NCBI GenBank assembly: GCA_045586645.1
Contig: JAZNAR010000040.1
Coordinates: forward strand, 6,661 to 70,660
Length of the DNA stretch: 64,000 nt
Direction of reading: 5' to 3'
DNA from: Victivallaceae bacterium
GTDB lineage: Bacteria > Verrucomicrobiota > Lentisphaeria > Victivallales > Victivallaceae
Shown: positions 57,096 to 64,000 of the stretch, one piece after another
How positions within the stretch are numbered: the stretch's first letter is position 1
Layout: every line of letters begins with the position of its first letter
The notes under the pieces: generated by a model
Database searches by the model: none
Told to the model about the DNA's origin: nothing
The model's input: only the letters and a program-made list of their open reading frames with translations
Position numbers and translations under genes: made by a program

Positions 57096-57806
57096 TCACT
57101 TTTGAATACGCCGCGCCAGCATAAGACCGCATTCAAAAAGCAGCCATCCGGGCAGAGCCAGCATCAGCTGACTTACCACATCCGGCGGAGTCAATATTGC
57201 AGCTATGATCAATATGACCGTCACTGCATACGGACGCTTTTGAGCCAGAGAATCAGCTGAAACCACTCCGGCTTTCACCGCCAGAAGCACCAGCACCGGC
57301 ACTTGAAACACCATACCGGATGCCAGCATCAACCAACCGGTAAGCTGCACAAAATTGGCATATCCGTACATCGGCAGCACTGTTGCGCTGGCAAATCCTG
57401 CGGCAAAACGCATCAGCAGCGGCAGAACGAAAGCCGCACAGAAAACAGCTCCCGCAACAAAAAGCAGCGCAGAAAAAATTATCCCTGCCCGCAGTGACTT
57501 ACGCTCTCTCCGGTAGAGTGCCGGCAAAATAAATTTCCATACAAAAAAGGCGTTCAAAGGATAGCCCAATGCCAACGCCAGAATCAATGCCAGTTTCAAC
57601 TGCACCCAGAAAACCTCAAGCGGCGCAAAATAATGGAGATTTCCGGAATTTTCCGGGAAACACCTGTTAACCAGAGCGTCAATAATGTACGGAGCGAGCC
57701 AATATCCGACGGGAAAGAGTATCGCCGTCACCGCCAGACAGCTCAACAGCATCCGCCGGAGGGCATCAAGATGACCGATAAGTTCGGGAGCAGGCTCATT
57801 TTGCAT
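57096..57806 (-). CDS. tatC: twin-arginine translocase subunit TatC
   Basis: Six-TM TatC pattern. The ATG at 57806 (MQNEPAPELIGHLDALRR) overlaps the tatA end by 11 nt. Confidence 0.9.
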   Translation of the reverse strand: MQNEPAPELIGHLDALRRMLLSCLAVTAILFPVGYWLAPYIIDALVNRCFPENSGNLHYFAPLEVFWVQLKLALILALALGYPLNAFFVWKFILPALYRRERKSLRAGIIFSALLFVAGAVFCAAFVLPLLMRFAAGFASATVLPMYGYANFVQLTGWLMLASGMVFQVPVLVLLAVKAGVVSADSLAQKRPYAVTVILIIAAILTPPDVVSQLMLALPGWLLFECGLMLARRIQK

Positions 57807-58035
57807 TTTCTGAATCTTCAGCTTGCTCCGGAGAATTTTTCCGGTCTGCCAATTCAGCGTTTTTTTCGGCACTGGCTATCAGTTCTTTGCTCTCATTTTC
57901 CAGAGCGGATTTGGCTTTTTTGAATTCATAAGAAGCCCTGCCCAGAGCTTTGGCAAGTTCAGGGATGCGCTTGGCTCCGAAAATTATCAGTATAAAAATG
58001 AGGATGACCAGAATTTCAGTAAATCCGATTGCCAT
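57796..58035 (-). CDS. tatA: twin-arginine translocase subunit TatA
   Basis: MAIGFTEILVILIFILIIFGAKRIPELAKALG. AAAGGAGC RBS before the ATG at 58035. Confidence 0.9.
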   Translation of the reverse strand: MAIGFTEILVILIFILIIFGAKRIPELAKALGRASYEFKKAKSALENESKELIASAEKNAELADRKNSPEQAEDSENAK

Positions 58036-58074
58036 AATTTGCTCCTTTCTGTAAAAAACCGTTTCCGGAGGTAT

Positions 58075-58103
58075 ACTATAATTCAAAAGCTCACCGATTG
58101 CAA
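58075..58103 (-). promoter_or_regulatory. sigma-70-like promoter candidate for tatA-tatC
   Basis: Minus strand reads TTGCAA, 17-nt spacer, TATAGT. Lies about 40 nt upstream of the tatA ATG. Confidence 0.45.
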
Positions 58104-58162
58104 ATTGACAAGCTCTTTTCTCCGCAAAATAAATCTTTTTTATCAAAACAAAGCAGGCGTAA

Positions 58163-58198
58163 AAATCAAAACCACCGGTTTTGCCGGTGGTTTGATTT
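58163..58198 (-). terminator. rho-independent terminator after the proline-rich lipoprotein gene
   Basis: AAATCAAACCACCGG-caaaa-CCGGTGGTTTTGATTT (one bulge) followed by TTT on the minus strand. Confidence 0.75.
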
Positions 58199-58212
58199 GC
58201 AACAGAACAACT

Positions 58213-59043
58213 TCAGCGTCTGGCAGGCTGTGAACCTGTGGTTGAACGTCGAGGCTGCTGTCCGGGTTCCTGTTCGTTTCCGGCGGCAACAGCTGCATTG
58301 CTCCGGTTTGGTGTAGAGAAAGTCTGATTTCTTGGTCTGCCGTCACGTACTGCTGACGGAGTGGCAGTTGTTGCAGGTTTTGCTGCAGGTTTGCGGAATA
58401 TCTGATTGTTTCTGTTCCCGTTGCGGTTCGGCTGTACCGCGGACGGACGGGTCGGCACCGCAGGTTTCGTCACCGGTTTTGCCACCGGTCTTGAAACAGG
58501 CTTTGCCACCGGTTTTGCCACAGGTTTCACCACCGGTCTTGAAACAGGCTTTGCCACCGGTTTTGCCGCAGGACGGCGACCGGAATTATTGTTATTGATA
58601 ATGACTGTCGGCGCAGGTGCGGGAGCCGTCACTGCCGGTGCCGGTTTGGGTTTCGGGCGGTGCGCCGGACGGTGATTATGAGAGTTGTTATTGTTCATCA
58701 CCACGACCGGTGCCGGTGCAACAACCACAGGTGCCGGCGGCGGCGGGGGCGGAGGAGATGCCACAACCACCGGTGCCGGAGCAACAACCACAGGTGCCGG
58801 CGGCGGCGGAGGAGGAGGAGATGCCACAACCACCGGTGCCGGCGGCGGCGGAGGCGGAGGCACCACATATCCCTGTTCCGGCGGGAAAAGGATGTAATCA
58901 AGATTGCAGAAAAATACATCTATTCCGCCGGGATTATCACCGTGGTCGATACGGCGTCCGGGGACATGGGTGCTGTAACAGGTACATCCGGCAAGAAAAC
59001 ATCCTGCCAGCGTTATCAATAAAAATTTCACTTTATTTTTCAT
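58213..59043 (-). CDS. proline-rich repetitive lipoprotein (276 aa)
   Basis: TAGGAG RBS and ATG at 59043. Lipobox LITLAGC. Repeats PPPPPPPAPVVV(APAPVVV) and KPVAKPVSRPV. Basic Gln/Asn/Arg-rich tail. Confidence 0.75.
   Translation of the reverse strand: MKNKVKFLLITLAGCFLAGCTCYSTHVPGRRIDHGDNPGGIDVFFCNLDYILFPPEQGYVVPPPPPPPAPVVVASPPPPPPPAPVVVAPAPVVVASPPPPPPPAPVVVAPAPVVVMNNNNSHNHRPAHRPKPKPAPAVTAPAPAPTVIINNNNSGRRPAAKPVAKPVSRPVVKPVAKPVAKPVSRPVAKPVTKPAVPTRPSAVQPNRNGNRNNQIFRKPAAKPATTATPSAVRDGRPRNQTFSTPNRSNAAVAAGNEQEPGQQPRRSTTGSQPARR
58484..58567. repeat. tandem repeat, 48-nt period (36-nt identical core twice) on an underlying 12-nt KPVx periodicity
   Basis: ACCGGTCTTGAAACAGGCTTTGCCACCGGTTTTGCC occurs at 58484..58519 and 58532..58567, inside the lipoprotein CDS. 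Confidence 0.85.
58708..58862. repeat. tandem repeat, 63-nt unit x2 plus a partial third copy (encodes PPPPPPPAPVVVAPAPVVVAS)
   Basis: Units at 58708..58770 and 58771..58833 differ at 3 positions. The third copy lacks an internal 21 nt. Inside the lipoprotein CDS. Confidence 0.85.
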
Positions 59044-59132
59044 AAAACTCCTATTTTCCTGAATTGCTGAAACAGTATTCAGCAAACCGGCAGCAATCAA
59101 ACGCGGTTGCCGCCGGTTTTGCCATTGTTTTG

Positions 59133-59402
59133 TTATTGCGCTTTCCTGGAGTTCAGAAATCTGACTATCGTACCGATACCGGGCAACAGATTTCCCAGAT
59201 TCCATACCGCACTGAGGAGAGCACCGATAATGCCGAGTCCGATGATGCCGAGGATGACAGAAACGATTCCCGCAGCAACAGAACCTGCGACCCAGACCGC
59301 GATGTAGTAAATCAATTCCTGCTGCGTGGCGGTACCTTCAAAGCAGATATATTTATTTTTGACGATGCTGAGGTAAGTTTCTATAATTTCTTTGATGTTC
59401 AT
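59133..59402 (-). CDS. small integral membrane protein (89 aa), weakly DUF805-like
   Basis: AAAGGAGATAG RBS before the ATG at 59402. Two Gly/Ile-rich TM helices. Confidence 0.6.
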   Translation of the reverse strand: MNIKEIIETYLSIVKNKYICFEGTATQQELIYYIAVWVAGSVAAGIVSVILGIIGLGIIGALLSAVWNLGNLLPGIGTIVRFLNSRKAQ

Positions 59403-59426
59403 GATCTATCTCCTTTTTACTGTAAT

Positions 59427-60755
59427 TTACTGCGGCATCTGTGCACCGTAATCTTTGACTGCTCCGAAAAGGTTCAAAGCCTCTTCCCACGGATAGCGGT
59501 TGGCATACATATCACAAGTCGTGGTGATAGTACCCTGAAGCGGCAGACCGAGAACACTGCGCAGAGCATTGCATTTGCCCGGGTCAAGTTTGGTCTTTTC
59601 CGAATACTTCATGGAAAGGAACGCATTGAGATACTGCGGATTGATGCGGCCTTTGAAAATCGCAGGATCTTTCAGGTCGATATTGCCTTCAATGGATTCA
59701 ATACCGTCAACACCTTCGAGATCTTCAAAACCGTCGACCCGGACTTTGGCTATCGACGGCGACACCGTCATCTGCACATCGGATTCGCGGTTCAGGAAAA
59801 AGATGTTGTTATCCAGTTTCGTGGTTTTCTGTTTCGGGTTGCCCTTGGTGTTGTCAAAGCCGGTCAGAACGTTCAAACCGATGATGTTGTTGTGGATATT
59901 GGCATTGCAATTTGTATTGTTGCGGATGGCGAACCCCATATCGGCGAGGTCGTTGAGACGGCTCCAGGTAAACAGAACCGTATTGAAAGCGCACTCCCAG
60001 TCAAGTTTTTCACGTCCGTTGGAACAAGTCACATTTATTGAAATCATGCGGTTGTTGCAGAAAACATTGTTGACGATGGCGACTTTGCCCTTGAACCAGT
60101 TGACATTCACCGCATAATTGGAACCGTTGACAAAGGTGCAGTTGCGGATGGTCAAATCGCCCTCCCCGCGTGATGCGGTTGCCGAATAGATGCTGTAACG
60201 GTTGGCACTGGGGAATTTATCCACGGCTTTATTCATAGCCGGACCTTCGAGCCACATACCGGTATCGAACCCGGCGGGTTTGCCTTTGGTACCGTGGAAG
60301 CTGGAAGCAAAACCGTCATCAAAAATAATGCCGTCTATGACCATGTGGAAACCTTTGGGCGCGCGGGCGGGACTTTTGTCAAGTTCGATATGCAGCAATC
60401 CGAGTGCGCCGGATTTCTTATCGTTGTTTTCATTTTTGGGCTGGAACATGGTTTTGAACTTCAACGGGTCACGCCGGGTAAAATCGGCTGAATATCCGCC
60501 GAAAAGAGAGACCGGTTTTTCCAGTTTGAACCAGCCGCATTTCATCCTGCCGGGATAGTTTCCTTCTGCGATGTGGATGACATCGTTGTCTTTGGCAACG
60601 CTCAAAGCTTTCCAGAGATTTTTGTACGGAGCTTCTTTAGTTCCGGCGTTACCGTTTTTCCCGGTCGAAAGCGACACAAAAATATCTTTTGCCGTCAAAG
60701 TTGCAAATGCAGCCAGAGCAAACAGCAGCAGCGAAATTTTTTTCAGGATATTCAC
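59427..60755 (-). CDS. secreted right-handed parallel beta-helix repeat protein
   Basis: Signal peptide. Asn-rich repeats of pectate-lyase-fold type (IRNCTFVNGSNYAVNVN.., IVNNVFCNN.., IHNNIIG..). GTG start after GGAAGGAAA. Confidence 0.8.
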   Translation of the reverse strand: MNILKKISLLLFALAAFATLTAKDIFVSLSTGKNGNAGTKEAPYKNLWKALSVAKDNDVIHIAEGNYPGRMKCGWFKLEKPVSLFGGYSADFTRRDPLKFKTMFQPKNENNDKKSGALGLLHIELDKSPARAPKGFHMVIDGIIFDDGFASSFHGTKGKPAGFDTGMWLEGPAMNKAVDKFPSANRYSIYSATASRGEGDLTIRNCTFVNGSNYAVNVNWFKGKVAIVNNVFCNNRMISINVTCSNGREKLDWECAFNTVLFTWSRLNDLADMGFAIRNNTNCNANIHNNIIGLNVLTGFDNTKGNPKQKTTKLDNNIFFLNRESDVQMTVSPSIAKVRVDGFEDLEGVDGIESIEGNIDLKDPAIFKGRINPQYLNAFLSMKYSEKTKLDPGKCNALRSVLGLPLQGTITTTCDMYANRYPWEEALNLFGAVKDYGAQMPQ

Positions 60756-60873
60756 TTTTTATTTCCTTCCCGTTATGAACAAAGATTTTGCTGAAAATTT
60801 TCCGGAAAAACAAAATTCATCCCGGGTTGAAATGGCTGCTTTCACTGCTCATATATGTTTCCCCATCACCGGT

Positions 60874-60890
60874 TTTTGCATGATGCAAAA
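60874..60890. promoter_or_regulatory. 17-bp palindrome TTTTGCAT-G-ATGCAAAA upstream of the beta-helix gene
   Basis: Perfect 8-bp arms. Lies about 120 nt upstream of the start at 60755. Confidence 0.35.
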
Positions 60891-61012
60891 CAAGCATAAT
60901 AACAGCGGCATAGAGCCGTCTGCTTTCTGTCCTCTGATATATTATAGTCAACAACTCATGCAATGTCAACAGCAGTAACGTAATTTTTTTTATAAAATTT
61001 CCGGATTCAGGC

Positions 61013-61047
61013 AAAAAAATACTCCCCGGACATCAGTCACAGGGAGC
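61013..61047 (-). terminator. weak terminator after the SSF transporter gene
   Basis: Only a 5-bp stem (CTCCC/GGGAG) but a 7-T tail on the minus strand. Confidence 0.35.
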
Positions 61048-61070
61048 ATTTTTGTTATTTTCCGGCTGTT

Positions 61071-63224
61071 TTATTCAGCGTGAACCTCTCCGGCGTTGCC
61101 GCCGTCGACAACGGAACCGTCGTCGGAGTCGTTCTGAACAGAGTTTTTCAGCGTTATGAAAAGCCTGACCACGTCAACGATTCCGCCGATAAGGAACCAG
61201 ACTGTACAGCCGATACCGAGAATAAGCGTGAAGTAGACTTTGAAATGCCACAACGCCAGCCACTGAGCATTGGAAACACCGCAGATGAAGTGCTGTGCCG
61301 TGAACCAGATGAAAAACACGAACCAGAGCAATGTCCAGAATACCGTCGCGGCATAGATGACTTTATCGCCGAGAGTAAACTCTTTGGTGACACCGAATTT
61401 ACGGGCGATCCAGCCGACAGAGCTGTTTTCAATATGCTCTTTGGCGGTGTCATATTTGCCGCGGTGCAGCATTTTATCCAGATTGAAGTCAGGTTTACCG
61501 ATCACATAATGTTCAAAGAGAGATATACCGATGTAAAGTACGATACAGGCGATCATGCAGTAAAAATGTATCCACTGCCCATTGATCGGAAATTTGACCA
61601 GCACTTCGGTGCCGGCGACAGAGTGTTTCGCCGCCGCCTGTGCGATATTGTTCTGCACCCACTGCCAATCGGTGTTTCTGGCAAGCCAGTGCACCAGACC
61701 TTTGCCCTGACCGAAGTCCCACACCTGATTCAGGATAATGCCGCAGACTGCCATCGTTGCACCGACGATATAACTGAACCATGCCGCCAGCGTACCGCCG
61801 CGTTTCCAGTAAAGACCGCCTATAAGTGCCGCACCGGCTCCGGTCACGATAGCACCTGTGATCGCAAAGAACATGTAGACATACTCGGTCTGACGGAAGC
61901 AGAAACTGAATACCCAGCCGAATATACCCACGAAAACGATGGACAGACGCAACGCCCAGATGTGCTGTTTCGGGGTGAAAGGTTTCTTTTTGAAGGGCAT
62001 GATCACGTCCTGAATGAAAATACTGCCCCAGCTGTGCATATAGGTATCATCGGTGGAAAGCATCGCCGCAAACATGACCGCGACAAACAATCCCAGCAGA
62101 CCGGACGGCATGATAAGCGACAACGCCGTAGTTACCAATCCCTGCTCCTGGAGCTGGGAGTTGACGCCGCTGTGAGCGAGGGTCGTTTCAATGGCTGCTT
62201 TCAGAGCTGTGAAATCCGGATGGCTCATAATGACGATGACCGCCAGCGGGAAAAGCATGATCATCAGGCCCTGCGCCAGACCGCGCCAGGTGCCGAGGAT
62301 GCCCGCCATTTTGCCTTCATGCGGGTTTTTCGCCGCCGCAGCATAGCCCATACTGCCCTGCCACGCGCCGCGTCCGTAAATCGAACCGAGAAGACCTATA
62401 AGGAAGTAGTAAATATCAAATTCGCCGATACGGTTGGTATCAAACGGGTTGATCTGGGATTCACCGGCTGCCATGGAAATACATTCAGTGACCTGTTTCC
62501 ACGAAACAAAACCGCCGGAAGCATCCCATTCGCCGAGTTTGAAAATGAAGAAAATAAAGATAACAAATGATATATTACAGAGTATCCCCTGAAAAAAGTC
62601 CGTGACCATAATGGCGATCTGACCGCCGCAAGTGGCGAATAACACGCCGAGACCGATGGCGACAAAAAGCAGAACTCCGTAGGTATTCCAGTTGACTCCG
62701 AGAAAATCAAAATGGCTCGGGAAGCGGCAGAAAAACATAAAGAAACGCACCGACACTGCCGGGAAAATACCGTAGTTTACCACACCGGACACCCAGGTAA
62801 GGATACCGGCGGCGACCCGGAATTTGCGGCTGTAACGCACTTCGTAGAACTGTGCCAGCGTCAGACAGCGGGTTTCGCGGAAACGGTATGAGACCCACGC
62901 CACAAGCGACAGGATAAGACCTATCGGACTTGAGAGCATACTCCACCACTGCGAAGCAAAACCGGCTTTGTAAAACATTTCAAACGTCGCCACCGAGCTT
63001 ACCACCGCGAATCCTGCCACCCCTTGCGAGATACTCAACACATACCGTCCGGCACAGCGGCTGGCAGCGAGAAAGTCCGCGGCATTGCGGGTGTAACGGT
63101 TGCAATATATCAGTATTGCAACCAAAAACGCAATCACGCCGACCACGATGACCCAGTCCAGAGTCTGCATCCCGGCGACGTTTATTCCGACCTGCCGCAT
63201 TCCGGCACAAAACAAATCAAACAT
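61071..63224 (-). CDS. sodium:solute symporter (SSF) family transporter with extended C-terminus (717 aa)
   Basis: About 15 hydrophobic segments. GGLYWKRGG block typical of SSF. Confidence 0.85.
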   Translation of the reverse strand: MFDLFCAGMRQVGINVAGMQTLDWVIVVGVIAFLVAILIYCNRYTRNAADFLAASRCAGRYVLSISQGVAGFAVVSSVATFEMFYKAGFASQWWSMLSSPIGLILSLVAWVSYRFRETRCLTLAQFYEVRYSRKFRVAAGILTWVSGVVNYGIFPAVSVRFFMFFCRFPSHFDFLGVNWNTYGVLLFVAIGLGVLFATCGGQIAIMVTDFFQGILCNISFVIFIFFIFKLGEWDASGGFVSWKQVTECISMAAGESQINPFDTNRIGEFDIYYFLIGLLGSIYGRGAWQGSMGYAAAAKNPHEGKMAGILGTWRGLAQGLMIMLFPLAVIVIMSHPDFTALKAAIETTLAHSGVNSQLQEQGLVTTALSLIMPSGLLGLFVAVMFAAMLSTDDTYMHSWGSIFIQDVIMPFKKKPFTPKQHIWALRLSIVFVGIFGWVFSFCFRQTEYVYMFFAITGAIVTGAGAALIGGLYWKRGGTLAAWFSYIVGATMAVCGIILNQVWDFGQGKGLVHWLARNTDWQWVQNNIAQAAAKHSVAGTEVLVKFPINGQWIHFYCMIACIVLYIGISLFEHYVIGKPDFNLDKMLHRGKYDTAKEHIENSSVGWIARKFGVTKEFTLGDKVIYAATVFWTLLWFVFFIWFTAQHFICGVSNAQWLALWHFKVYFTLILGIGCTVWFLIGGIVDVVRLFITLKNSVQNDSDDGSVVDGGNAGEVHAE

Positions 63225-63319
63225 TTTTACAATTTTTCCTTTCTTTTGTTCTATTTTGTTTTATTGATAAAAAATATTTATATAAAAAAAAACGCTGTTG
63301 TTTGTTTGAAAATAACACC

Positions 63320-63355
63320 TGTAAACAAAAAAGTCAAGCCTTTGTAAACAAAAAA
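63320..63355 (+). repeat. 13-nt direct repeat TGTAAACAAAAAA x2 (23-nt spacing) in a divergent intergenic region
   Basis: Copies at 63320..63332 and 63343..63355, between the SSF transporter gene and the rsmB-like gene. Confidence 0.7.
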
Positions 63356-63498
63356 ACGGCGTTATCAGCATTCTGCCACATATAACGCGGTAAAAAAGTG
63401 TTTTATTTCATCCGGGCACCGGATTTTCACGATTTTTGCAAAAAAAACGCCTTTTTACCGTGAAAAAAACGGAACAAGGGGTTATATTATGTTTCATT

Positions 63499-64000
63499 AT
63501 GAAAGAATACAAATCATCCCAAACGTTGTCGCCGGAAAAATGCCGCGCCCAGAACCGCCTGCTCAACGATGCGGCGCGCAAGGTGCTTTCATCCGGCTTT
63601 GCCCGCAAAATGCCCTCTGACCGGGCTCTTGCTTCGTACTTCCGCCAGAATCACCGCTGCGGTTCACGCGACCGGGCGTTTATTTCGGAAACTGTTTATG
63701 CCATGCTCCGGTACTGGGGTTTTCTGCGCCTTTATCTGCCGTCTGAACGCAGAAGCGAAATAGAATCCGGTTCCATCCGCCTGACCGACAGAGAACTTTC
63801 CGCACTGCTGGCGGCGGCAGCTTTTATCAACGGCGATTTTCAGGCGGCGGATATGCTTACGGCGGTAAACAGCATGGAGCGTCTGCCCAAAGCATTGAAT
63901 AATCCGACTGCCCGCGCCAATCAGATGGCTCTTTATTTCGGCTGTGAACAGAAAATTTCCGACAATGACCTGCTGCCGGAGTGGATAAAGGATATGCTGC
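63499..64000 (+). CDS. partial (5' part) RsmB/NOP-family RNA methyltransferase, NusB-like N-terminal domain
   Basis: Frame open from the ATG at 63499 to the window end; absent from the track because it has no stop. MKEYKSSQTLSPEKCRAQNRLLNDAARKVL..FRQNHRCGSRDRAFISETVYAMLRYW resembles RsmB N-termini (recall). Confidence 0.5.
   Translation, partial: MKEYKSSQTLSPEKCRAQNRLLNDAARKVLSSGFARKMPSDRALASYFRQNHRCGSRDRAFISETVYAMLRYWGFLRLYLPSERRSEIESGSIRLTDRELSALLAAAAFINGDFQAADMLTAVNSMERLPKALNNPTARANQMALYFGCEQKISDNDLLPEWIKDML

Noticed and set aside
58406-59045. Alternative-frame ORFs across the proline-rich region (Gly-rich, Arg-rich, for example 58660..59022 and 58685..58897) and the possibility of a CRISPR-like array
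   Set aside because: These frames are by-products of the GC-rich tandem repeats. Only the minus-strand frame has an RBS, a lipobox and a terminator. The repeats are contiguous, with no unique spacers, and are in-frame coding, so this is not a CRISPR array.
60817-61014. 65-aa minus-strand ORF between the SSF transporter and the beta-helix gene
   Set aside because: It has no RBS and an implausible composition, and it overlaps the palindrome and promoter region.
61080-62570. 496-aa plus-strand ORF
   Set aside because: It is antisense to the SSF transporter, whose hydrophobic periodicity clearly marks the real frame.

Overview
Gene-dense chromosomal segment: about 58 protein genes, one tRNA-Arg(UCU) and one small SRP (4.5S-type) RNA. 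I found no rRNA, CRISPR array, transposase or integrase. About three quarters of the genes are on the minus strand, and many are joined by 1-11 nt overlaps (ATGA type), suggesting long operons. Most of the window is housekeeping: nrdG-nrdD, M16 peptidase, ffh, radC-like, ftsK, trxA, mraY, dprA, ftsH, recX, dnaX, rph, accD, argC, der, pyrF, tatA-tatC, an alkaline phosphatase and an SSF transporter. A class III RNR plus many secreted CBM or beta-helix proteins suggest an anaerobic glycan degrader, possibly of the PVC group; this lineage call is inference only. Points worth a second look: (1) the first 10 kb is a glycan-utilisation-like cluster of poorly characterised families, and both of its divergent promoter regions carry inverted pairs of a conserved ~18-bp motif (GGAATGGATwATTTTGCC); (2) a low-GC three-gene islet of unknown function lies between trxA and mraY, with a 56-aa ATGA-coupled ORF missing from the ORF track and a perfect 20-bp palindrome in its divergent promoter; (3) NrdD carries a C-terminal glutaredoxin/NrdH-like domain; (4) a PurN-like formyltransferase is fused to a DUF2062 membrane domain; (5) dnaX has a possible -1 frameshift site at the position where a gamma/tau split would be expected; (6) a proline-rich lipoprotein is encoded by two DNA tandem-repeat arrays. 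I cannot show that any of these is a new system, and none contains a recognisable defence or mobility enzyme. All calls come from reading the translations and DNA by eye. Family names are from recall, not searches, and hand-derived coordinates may be off by a few nt. The many very long ORFs antisense to real genes are treated as codon-bias artefacts.
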